From Octopus sinensis (taxonomy: Eukaryota), in the NCBI RefSeq assembly GCF_006345805.1, contig NW_021833423.1, positions 15,285 to 79,284 on the forward strand: a stretch of 64,000 bases of DNA, written 5' to 3'. Each line of letters begins with the position of its first letter. The stretch's first letter is position 1. The notes under the pieces are model-generated. The model searched no databases. It was not told where the DNA came from and saw nothing but the letters and a program-made list of their open reading frames with translations. Below are positions 53,270 through 64,000 of the stretch, one piece after another. The position numbers and the translations under genes were made by a program.

Positions 53270-55010
53270 TATAAGTTTGTACCAGGGAGAAGCGCACCAC
53301 TGATGCTATATTCTTGTGAGACAGCTACAGGAGAAATACATAGCCAAAGATAAACCCTGTACCTGGACTTTGTTAACTTGGAGAAAACCTTTGACAGAGT
53401 CCCCCGATCCCTTGTCTGGTGTTCGATACAGAAACTAGGGATAGATGAGTGGTGATTCAGAGCTGTACAAACTATGTACAGGATGCTACCAGTAAAAAGA
53501 AGGTTGGTAATGAGTACAGTGAAGAATTTCAGGTAAAATTAGAAGTTCACCAAGGATCAGTCCCCGGCGCGTTATTATTCAACAGGGGAATTCAAGACAG
53601 GCTTCCCCTGAGAGCTCCTCTATACTAATGACCTTGCTCTTTTAGCTGAATCACTACCTGAACTTGAGAAGTTCCAGGTATGGAAGCAAGGTCTAAAATA
53701 AAAGGGCCTTAGAGTTTATCTAGCAAAAACCAAAGTCTTGGTAAGAAAGCAGACAAATCACAAATCTCTTCAAGTATATAGCTCTCCTTAATCTGTAGAA
53801 AAGGTGTAGGTAGAAACTTCATAAAATGCACCCAATGTAAGCTTTGGACACATAATAGGTCCAGCAATATCAGGGGCAGGTTAACAGGGAAACTAACCTT
53901 TGTATGCGGAAGATGCACAGGTACAATAAACGCTGAAAATGGGCAGAAAATAAATTCCATCTGCTGCCAGAGAGGCAAACTAGATGTAGTAGTTAGCTTC
54001 CGTTACCAAGGTAGTAGTGGAGGTGGATGCTCCGAGAGCGTAGCTGTGATAATAAGATTAAGATGGGCAAAGTTCAGAGAGCTCCTACCGCTGCTGGCAA
54101 CTAAGGGCCTCTCTCTCGGAGGGAAAGGCAGATTGTGTGATGCCTGTTTGCGAACAGCTAAGCTGAATGGGAGTGAGATATGGGCTGTTACAGCCAAGAA
54201 CATGCGTAGGCTTGAAAGAAATGAAGCCAGTATGCTTCGCTGGATGTACAGTGTCAGTGTGCATGTTCGACAGTGTGTAAGCATCTTGAGAGAAAAGTTA
54301 GGGGTAAGAGGCATCAGATGTGGTGAGATGACTGCGCCGGTATGATCATGTAATGCGTATAGGTGAGGACAGCAGTGTAAAGAAGTGCTAATCTCTAACT
54401 GTGGAGGGAACCTGTGGTAGAGGTAGACCCAGGAAGACATGGAATGAGGTGGTGAAGAATGATCTTCGAACTTTGAGCCTCACAGAGGCAATGACTAATG
54501 ACCAAGAACTTTGGAGATGTACTGTGCTTCAGAATACCTGCCAAGTCTAGTGCACCCGTGCTGGTGGCATGTAAAGACCACCTTTCGAGCGTTAGGCCTC
54601 ATGAAGGCAAAGTGGCTGAGTCCTTTTCGAGCATTGGGCCTCACGGAAGCAATGGCCGAGACCCGTGGCATTACATCGTGCTTGAGAAGAAGACCCATCA
54701 AGGCGAGCAAAATTGCAGTCGTGGCAGACACTAATGTCAGGCAAATTAACACCGATGCCGGTAGCACGTAAAAGCACCCCGGTATCATGCAAATGGCACC
54801 CGTACCTGTGGCACGTAGAAGCACCCATTACACTCTCAGAGTGGTTGGCGTTAGGAAGGGTATGCAGCTGTTGTAAACTATGCCAAATCAGACTGGATTC
54901 TGGTGCAGCCTTCCAGCGTACCTGCCTGGGCAAACCGTCCAGCCCATGACAGCATAGACAACGGATATTAAATGATGATGATGGAGATGATGATGATGAT
55001 GATGATGATG
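53270..55010 (+). mobile_element. RTE-clade LINE, 5'-truncated, RT pseudogene plus 3'UTR and (GAT)n tail
   Basis: TTDAIF..RQLQEKY..FVNLEKTFDRVPR..VHQGSV..LLYTNDLALLAES..RLRWAKFRELLPLL..NGSEIWA..RGRPRKTWNEVV, with many frameshifts. It ends TAAATGATGATGAT. Confidence 0.9.
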
Positions 55011-55016
55011 TATATA

Positions 55017-56872
55017 TCTATTGCAAATGTGGAAAATCGGTGTGTGTTTGTTTGTGACGTTTTTAGCTAACTCCTACATCATTTTATTGATCTTGATGAA
55101 ATTTGACACGTGAGTGGAACTCATGTCTGCAAAACCTCATGACATACTCAGATTGTTGAAAAAATCGATAATACGGCCCCTGGAAGGGATCTTTATGTCT
55201 ACCTCATATAACTAATTTTTTAAACACCCAAGGGAAATAAACCATAGTACCTGCACAATATTTTTTTAAACACTCAAGGGAAATAACCAATACCACCTGC
55301 CCTTACGGTTGTTAGTTTTAGCGAAGCTATCAATATTTGATTCTCACGACCAGCGGACCTAATTCTGCATTTCACTACTCAGTTTTCAACTGCTAAACCT
55401 TATTATTACACTTTCTTGATGCATGTACACTTTCAATGAGCATAACTCCGATAATTCTGCATTTTTCCAATTAAAATTTTTCGATGCCAGTTCATAAAAT
55501 TTTTGATTCCAGAACGTATTTAATAAGTGCGTCCCAATACAAGGAAGTCATACTTTAAATGCTTAAAATTCTTTAAAAACGAAACCAAACTCCCACACTA
55601 CATTCAGTTGGGACACCCTGTATCACTTATACTTATTTTACAATTCATAATATTTATTTCTTATTTACAATTCATACAACATTTTCATGAAACTAATTGA
55701 GCCATCGGATTTAGAAATATTTTATAGGTTTCATTGTTTATGTTCGATTACTTTGAATATTGACTTTTTGTGTGTCCAATTTCTAATTTTTGCAGATAAT
55801 ATCACTTTTATACTTTATTTGACACGTGAGTAGAACTCATATCTGGAAACGTCGTGACATACTAAGATTGTTGAAAAACGTCGATAATAAGGCACCTCCA
55901 ATGGATCCTTCTATCTACTACATATTACTAATATTTTATTTAAACAACCCAAAGGGAAATAACCTGCAGTTTTTAGCGAAGTGATCAATATTTGATTCTC
56001 ACGATCAGCCGACCTATTTCTGCATTACACTATTCGGTTTTGAACTTCTAAACATAATTATTGCACTTCTTTGATTTGAATTTTAAACCTTAAAGACTTC
56101 ATTCATACATTTCTATACATACATATTTTTTTGAATGCCCATTTCTCCAATAATTCTGCATCTTTACAGTTACACTTTTTCCATGACAGTAGCTATTTTT
56201 TTTATTCCACAACATATTTGTAGTGGCTTCAAGCAGGCATAGCGTGAATCCAATCCTCAATTGCCAAATTTGACTTAACACTTCAACAGCGCTTTTCACA
56301 CGATAAAACAATAGTTTTTTCTGTGAATGACAGCAATTATAAATTTCCCAGATGACTTCCCTAAGAAGAATAATGTCTTTGCCACTTAAGCCTTCTAAAC
56401 TCTTCTAGGCTACCAGGGGCTGGAATGGAGATAACAGACCTCCAACGGAATCATTTGTTCTCAACAATATGTTTATCCTTCTGGCTGCTTTTCGATAGTT
56501 GCAAAAGCAAGAACTTCGTTAGCTGAGAGCGACAATCAGTGAGTGTGAACATTATTGTTGCACTTTCTTTATTTCATTCTTAAACATTAAACACTTCATT
56601 CATATATTTATATACATATATACTACATTTATATATTACCTTTAATGAATTACCTTCATAAAGTTCACCTTTAAAATGACACGACGAGTCATAGTACTTT
56701 CTCTCCAGCCTCCAACAACTACTCCCTCCTCCAGCTGGCAGCATCTTGTACATTTTCGCGAAGGAAAATACACATTTTGTGGCAGTTATAACGAAATTGC
56801 ATTCTTATATCAAAGTAATAAGACGTTTCAATAGAAAATTTTAACCCCCCCCCTCGGTACCCCAGCTAATAT

Positions 56873-56963
<91 letters not shown>

Positions 56964-56979
56964 GAGAGAGAATAGACAT

Positions 56980-57029
<50 letters not shown>

Positions 57030-57037
57030 TAGATATT

Positions 57038-57068
<31 letters not shown>

Positions 57069-57378
57069 CTATATATATATATATATGCATATATAGTATG
57101 TATATATATATGTGTGTGTGCGTGTGTGTGTGTGCGCGTGTGTGTGTGTATGTGTACACCTGTCATGTTGTACTCCCACCGAGGTTGCTGTGTTTACGTC
57201 CCCTTAGTCGTTTCGCAAAACACACCGATAAAATATGTACTATACTCACATAGAATAAATTCTGGGGTCGAATTTTTTTCTACTCCAGCATGGCCGCAGT
57301 CAGATGACCGAAACAATTAAAACAATAAAAAAAAACTATGCCACTTTAACCCCGAGCAGCGCCGGGTATCTCTGCTAG
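55017..57378 (+). mobile_element. Composite Helitron-like region with an internal diverged direct repeat of about 270-310 bp
   Basis: Starts A|TC followed by a TGTTTG tract and GATCTTGATGAAATTTG. 55102-55420 is similar to 55818-56075. A 3' hairpin CCCG-agcagcgc-CGGG plus CTAG|T lies at 57351-57379, and a weaker end at about 56869. Its extent as a single element is uncertain. Confidence 0.45.
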
Positions 57379-57595
57379 TTCTTTATATATATATATTCAT
57401 ATATTATTTCGTTCACTTATCATACTGCGCTCATACTGGGGTACCGGTTTCAAGGGTTTAGTCGAACAACAGTATATATGATATCAGTTTCTTTTTACGA
57501 AAATACTAAGTTATAAGGACGTAAACATATGAACAGCGGTTGTCAAGCAGTGGTGTAGGACAAACCCAAACACACAAATACCTGCATATGTGTGT

Positions 57596-57643
<48 letters not shown>

Positions 57644-57799
57644 ACTATAAGTTTCTTTCAGTTTCCGCCTGCCCAATTCAGTCACGAGGCTTGTGTCGGC
57701 CTAGGGCTATAATTAAATGCACTACTTTTGTGTGCTACGCAGTGTAACCGAACTCAGAACCATATGCTTGAGACGCAAACTCCTTACCTCACAATATTT

Positions 57800-58432
57800 T
57801 TTTTATTTTTTATTTAGTTTCAGCTCACAAGCTGTGGCCATGCTGGGACACCGCCATTTGGTGTTGCTACATGATTTTACTTCACGAATGCTTTTTAGCA
57901 ATTGCTATTTGGTGCATGAAAGATTTCGATGCAGCTGCCCTCATCTGCACCTGTTGCCGTGAAGTTGGTCAATCTGGGACACCTGACAAGAAGAGATCCA
58001 GTTTTATTTTAAAGACATCTGCATCCACCCCATGCAAGTCTCTTAGGTTCTTCGGGAGGATATTGAAGAGCTGTGGGCCTCAGAAGCCCAGACTATCACA
58101 GTATCTTGTCCTACATCTTGATGGCAAATTTGGAGTCCTTGGCACTATGCAGTGGCGCCCAGTTCTGGCATTTGTGTAACTCTCGATGCCAAAGTTTGGG
58201 ACAAGTCATTCTAGGATCTTCCAGATGTATATCATGGCATATCTTTCTTGCCTACGCTCTAAGGAATAGAGTCTCAATCTCTTGAGTCTTTCCCAGTAGC
58301 TTATATGCTGCACAGAGGCTATCTTCTTCGTGTAGCTTCGTTGGATCGTCTCAAGTTGTGTGATTAACTTGACACTGGATGGTGACCATAACTGAGAGCA
58401 ATAGTCATAGTGGCTTAGGACAAGTGTCCTCC
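57800..58432 (-). mobile_element. CR1/L2-group LINE 3' end
   Basis: WRTLVLSHYDYCSQLWSP...YWERLKRLRLYSLERRQERYAMIYIWKILE...GPQLFNILPKNLRDLHG, then a stem-loop tail and an A-rich end. Confidence 0.85.
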
Positions 58433-58555
58433 ATATATATTGTTTTAGTTCCTTTATTCTTTGTGTGGTTTCAGTTGATGGAGCGCGGTCATGATGGAGC
58501 ACCGCCTTATATATGTATGATAATGCAATACATACATACATACATATATATATAT

Positions 58556-58590
<35 letters not shown>

Positions 58591-58726
58591 TGTGTATATA
58601 TGTATATATATATAGACGCACGGAAACACAGAAGTATGTAGTACATACATATTTCTTATATGATATATATATCTATATATATTTGTGTGTGTCTGAGCGT
58701 ATAAATATATATATATATATATTATA

Positions 58727-58779
<53 letters not shown>

Positions 58780-58873
58780 CACATCTAGAGGCATATACAT
58801 GGATAGATAGATAGGTACACATGTGTGTAGATGTATGTAAGTATGCAATATTATCTAACCATCAGTCTATATA

Positions 58874-58914
<41 letters not shown>

Positions 58915-58917
<3 letters not shown>

Positions 58918-59151
58918 TTTTATTCTTTTACTTCTTTCAGTCATTTGATTGCGGCCATGCAAGAGCACCGCCTGTTTGTCGAACAATTCGACCCCAAGAA
59001 TTATTCTTCGTAACTCTAGTACTTATTCTATCGGTGTTTTTGCCGAAGCGCTAAGTTAGGAGGATACAAGCACACCAACATCGGTTGAGAAGTAATGTTG
59101 GGGGACAAACACAGATATACAACTACATATATATGTGTGTGTGTGTGTGTG

Positions 59152-59186
<35 letters not shown>

Positions 59187-59372
59187 TGTATACACACACG
59201 ACGTTCTTCTTTAAGTTTCCGTCTATCAAATCCACACACAAGGCTTTGGCCGGCCCTAGGCTATAGTAGAAGACATCTGCCCCAGATTCAACGCCGTGGG
59301 ACTGAACCCGGAACCATGTAGTTTGGAAGCAAGCTTACCACACCGCTAATCTTACCACACAGCCACTCCTGT
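58915..59372 (-). mobile_element. SINE family A (full length)
   Basis: Homologous to 198-600. Confidence 0.8.
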
Positions 59373-59374
59373 GC

Positions 59375-59414
<40 letters not shown>

Positions 59415-59789
59415 GCGCATATATGCAGACATACATACATGTAGGGGGTGGTATATGCATGTACTGAGGGGGCGTTGCAAGTGCTTGCGTGTGTGGTGGA
59501 GAGGAAGAATGAAAGAGTGATTTGAGAGAGATGTACACAATGATAATAGTAGAGGGGCGTGGAGAAGCTAGATTTAGGGAGAGATGAGAGACAGTTAAGT
59601 AGGTAGATAAAAGACGAGATGATAAATAAAGATATTTGGAAAGGTACAGTAGAGAAGCTGAAAGAAAGACAGAAAGGGTATAGAGAATGCAAGCGCGAAA
59701 GAATAGTGAGGAGAGAATGTGAGACGTAATGTAAGAAAGATGTGTAAGAGATTTTGTATGTTTAAGTGTATAGGTGTATGAGTTTATGT

Positions 59790-59829
<40 letters not shown>

Positions 59830-60215
59830 TTTTTAGGTGCATACATATATAAACACACATGCATATTTGTGTAAGCAGTTTAAGATACACACATACACAC
59901 ACACACAGACACAGAGTCAGACATATTGCAATATGTAAGTAGATAGCTACATTTACATACACCAACGAATAGATGGGAACCTAATACGTGACTATGGAAG
60001 TTTTTAAAATGCATTCATATATACACGCATATATATATATTGTGTGTGTGTGTATACACAAACAATCGTACATGCACTTAATCTCTCAATGTACTCTTTT
60101 TCTCCACACCATTTACATTCCCTGTATTTCACTCCAACTACTTGCGAAGTTTATTCCTCTTCCTATCTCTCCCTGTCTCTCCATACATACATACATACAT
60201 ACATACATACATACA

Positions 60216-60246
<31 letters not shown>

Positions 60247-60477
60247 TATATATATATATATATATATATACGTAAATATATACATATATATATATGTATA
60301 TATATGCGTGTATATATATATTTATTTATATATATATATATACATAACATATATACATGCACACATATATGCATAATATATATATGTATGTATATATGTA
60401 TATTTATATATATGTAGATAATATATATACATATATATACATGTGTACATATATATATATATATTCATATATTATAT

Positions 60478-60520
<43 letters not shown>

Positions 60521-60845
60521 GTATCAATACATGTACCTACGTAACGTACGCGTGCATGTATGGTGATAGACAGTAAGATAAAATGTGAAAGAAGAAAAGA
60601 GAGCGTGCGACAGAGAGAGGGAGAAGGAGAGACGAAATTAAACGATGAAGAATGAGACACAGAGAGACAGAGAGAGAAGAAAGATTGCGAGAAAGAAAAT
60701 ATTTTAGGTTCACTAAGTGCTTTCTCGAATGTTCCATTTTACCATTTTTTTAAAATTTATTTCTATTTTTGTCTTTTCTTTATTTGATTCTTGTATGACT
60801 TTGATTTTGGTAGTTCGTGTATTTTCGTTGTAGTAAACCCATTGT

Positions 60846-61105
60846 TGATGATGACGACGACGATGACGACGATGATGACGGTGATGATGATGACGACGAT
60901 GATAATGACGATGACGAGGATAGTGATGATGAATATAATGATGACGACGACGACGACGACGATGATAATGGTGGTGATGATGATGATGATGATGACGACG
61001 ACGACGACGACGATGATGATGATGATGGTGATGATGATGATAATGATGATGATGATGATGATGATGACGACGACGACGATGATGATGATGGTGATGATGA
61101 TGATA

Positions 61106-61146
<41 letters not shown>

Positions 61147-61147
61147 A
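60846..61147. repeat. Compound (GAT)/(GAC) trinucleotide array
   Basis: Directly visible in the sequence. Confidence 0.95.
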
Positions 61148-61469
61148 TAGTCGTTGACATTTTGTTGCCGATGGTGGTGTTGACTCCATTTGCCCCTTAT
61201 TGTGTTTGGTGCTGGTGATGATGATGATACCGATGGGGAAGAGGAGAAGGTAAAAGAGTAGGGGATTGAGAAAGAGAAGAAGCAGAAAAGTGAGGAAGAA
61301 GGAAGGGAATAGGGGAACGAAGATGGTGATGGTGATTGTTTCGGTGCTGGTGTTCGTAATAGCCTAAGTGATAATAATGCGATAGCGGTGGTAGCGGTGG
61401 TATTCTTGGCGGAAGGGTGTGATATAGTATTGGTGGTTATGTTGTTGGTGATGGTGGTGATGGTGTCAG

Positions 61470-62150
61470 TATGATGGTGGTGGTGGTGGTGGTGGTGGCG
61501 GTGATGGTGATGGTGGTGGTTGTGGTGGTGGTGGTGGTGGTAGTAGTAGTGGTGTGGTGGTGGTGGTGGTGGTGGTGGCGGTGATGGTGATGGTGGTGGT
61601 TGTGGTGGTGGTGGTGGTGGTAGTAGTAGTGGTGGTGGTGGTGGTGGTGGTGGTGGTGGCGGTGATGGTGATGGTGGTGGTTGTGGTGGTGGTGGTGGTG
61701 GTAGTAGTAGTGTGGTGGTGGTGGTGGTGGTGGTGGTGGTGGTGGTAGTAGTGGTGCTGGTGGTGGTGCTGGTAGTGGTGCTGGTGGTGGTGGTTGTTGG
61801 TGGTGGTAGTGGTGGTGTTGGTGGTGCTGGTGGTGGTGGTGGTGGTGGTGGTGTTTGGTGGTGGTAGTAGTGGTGCTGGTGGTGGTGCTGGTAGTGGTGC
61901 TGGTGGTGGTAGTTGTTGGTGGTGGTAGTGGTGGTAGTTGGTGGTGGTAGTGGTGCTGGTGGTGGTTGTTGGTGGTGGTAGTGGTGGGGCTTGTGGTGGT
62001 GCTGGTGGCGTTGGTAGTGGTGGTGGTGGTGGTGGTGGTGGTGGTGATGGTAGTAGTGTTGGTAGTTAGTGTGAGTAATGGTTAACGCGGTAAAGGTGGT
62101 GGTGGTGGTGGTGTCGGTGGCGGTGGCGGTGGTGATGGTGGTGCTGGTGA
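61470..62150. repeat. Compound (GGT)n array with a higher-order repeat of about 80 bp
   Basis: GCGGTGATGGTGATGGTGGTGGTTGTGG recurs at 61498, 61578 and 61659. Confidence 0.9.
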
Positions 62151-63210
62151 TCATGATGGTTTTGTAGATTTATCTGCGTTTGCCGTTTTTGAACGTTTAC
62201 GCTGTTGGTTTTTTTTTATTGTCGCTATTGCATTTAATGTTGCTGTTGTTGATGCAACTGTTGCTGTTGCTGCACTTGTTATTATTGCAGTTATATGTTG
62301 TTATTGTTGTAGTTGTTTCTTATTGCCATTGTTGTTGATGTTGTTGTTGTTGTTGTTGTTGTCGTTCCTGTTGATTTTTCTACGTGTATTTCGCTTTCCT
62401 GTAGAGTGTCACATTAAAACTACCACCAACGACACTACCACTTCTACCACCACCTCCGTTTAACTAAAAACAACAATAATAGCTGTAACAACAACTATTA
62501 CAACTTCTACTACAACTACAACAACAAATACTGCTGTTGCTGCTATTACACCATAAGAACCATTTCCTACTATACGAGTACCAGCACCAACAACAACAAT
62601 AATACCAAGCATATTAACGAGAGATCCTCAAAAGGAATGCTCCATCTACTAGAAATAACACCCAAGTCTCACTTAAATCATATTCAATCGTGTTGCAATT
62701 CTACCGATGGCCATGGCTGAAATGTATATGATCACAGTTCTGTTCGATCAGGGCTGATTTGGGGCTAAACATCAATAACAAGAACCGCAAGAGTTAGCAA
62801 TTACAGCAATAGGACCATTACTACCACCACTATTACAACGCTCGCTAATACCATACCACTATAACTACAGCCAACGAAAACTACAAAAAAAAATGGGTTC
62901 AAAGATCCTTCCTAAGCCGTAGGCTTATAAGGCCATTTCACCGGGTTCTGTAACACAATGATTCTCAACTGGGGTCCATATAGCACTTTGGGGTCTATAT
63001 AAGATTCTGTTGTTAAAATTTATGTGCAATAACTTGTTTATACTTCTACAGAATACAAAATATTTTAACAATTTTTTAAAAATACTATTCCTGGACGGAA
63101 TGCCAGTACGTAGCTGGATTATTCGTCTTTTACCGGCTGAGTCGACTGGAGCAATGTGAAATGAAGTGTTTTGGTCAAGAACACAATCCAGGAATCGAAA
63201 CCACAATATT

Positions 63211-63610
63211 CTTTTCTTTTCTATTCTAGGCACAAGGTTCGAAATTTTTGGTGAAGGGGCCAGTCGATTAGATCGACTCCAGTACGCAACTGGTACTTAA
63301 TTTATCGACCCCGAAACGATGAAAGGCAAAGTCGACATCGGTAGAATTTTAACTCAGAACGTATAGACAGACGAAATACCTATTTCTTTACTACCCACAA
63401 GGTGCTAAACACAGAGAGGACAAACAAGGACTGACACACGGATTAAGTCGATTATATCGACCCCAGTGCGAAAAGATGAAAGGCAAAGTCCCGAAAAGAT
63501 GAAAGGCAAAGTCGACATCAGCGGAATTTGAACTCAGAACGTAGCGGCAGACGAAATACTGCTAAGCATTTCACCCGGCGTGCTAACGATTCTGCTAGCT
63601 CGCCGCCTTA
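63211..63610 (-). mobile_element. SINE family B with 14-bp TSD, nested in a family D-related SINE
   Basis: The TSD GAAACCACAATATT is at 63197-63210 and 63611-63624. Host SINE pieces lie at about 62920-63210 and 63611-63670. Confidence 0.9.
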
Positions 63611-63705
63611 GAAACCACAATATTACAATCATGATTACAACAGCCTAACCATTAAGCCACGCACTTCCACAGCGAATAACACAAACGCCTCTAATACTCT
63701 AAGCA

Positions 63706-64000
63706 AGGCGGCGAGCTGGCAGAAACGTTAGCACGCCGGGCGAAATGCTTAGCGGTATTTGGTCTGCCGTTACGTTCTGAGTTCAAATTCCGCCGAGGTC
63801 GACTTTGACTTTCATCCTTTCGGGGTCGATAAATTAAGTACCAGTTACGCACTGGAGTCGATATAATCGACTTAATCCGTTTGTCTGTCCTTGTTTGTCC
63901 TCTCTGTGTTTAGCCCCTTGTGGGTAGTAAAGAAGTAGGTATTTCGTCTGCCGCTACATTGTGAGATCAAAATCCTCCGAAGTCGACTTTGCCTTTCGTC
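63706..64000 (+). mobile_element. SINE family B (runs off the window end)
   Basis: Near-consensus head and body. Confidence 0.9.

Noticed and set aside
56099-56520. Possible transposase-like (Merlin/ISXO2) coding scrap inside the Helitron-like region
   Set aside because: No diagnostic motif could be recognised with confidence.
88-60600. Numerous YI/HT/CV/YLSI-repeat ORFs in the ORF track
   Set aside because: They are artefacts of (TA)n, (CA)n and (GATA)n microsatellites.
60763-62154. 463-aa Pro/His/Thr/Ile-rich ORF and overlapping poly-Asp/Ser/Met ORFs
   Set aside because: These are translations of stop-free trinucleotide arrays, open in several frames on both strands with no domain content.

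Overview
AT-rich eukaryotic DNA, intronic or intergenic, made up almost entirely of microsatellites ((TA)n, (CA)n, (GATA)n, (TAA)n, (GAT/GAC)n, (GGT)n) and interspersed repeats. The repeat families resemble those I associate with octopus (coleoid cephalopod) genomes; this is an inference, not a database match. I found no intact host gene, and nearly all ORFs in the track are microsatellite translations. Identifiable content: four tRNA-headed SINE families (labelled A-D here, several with clean target-site duplications), decayed RTE, CR1/L2-type and R4/Dong-type LINEs, Tc1/mariner relics, Helitron/Helentron-type non-autonomous elements and Penelope-like (PLE) remnants. The most interesting signal is a set of hammerhead-ribozyme (HHR) motifs from several unrelated families. 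One is a textbook minimal HHR at 42147-42200. Three fold-back palindromes (3966-5152, 28363-28586, 52659-53050) carry an HHR-like motif in each arm, always with the 3' ends facing outward. The 3966-5152 element is built from a 363-nt, highly self-complementary tandem monomer whose HHR has a compensatory U3-A8 core, making it a candidate retrozyme/PLE-derived self-cleaving (possibly circular) RNA family. Boundaries of degenerate elements are approximate (tens of bp).
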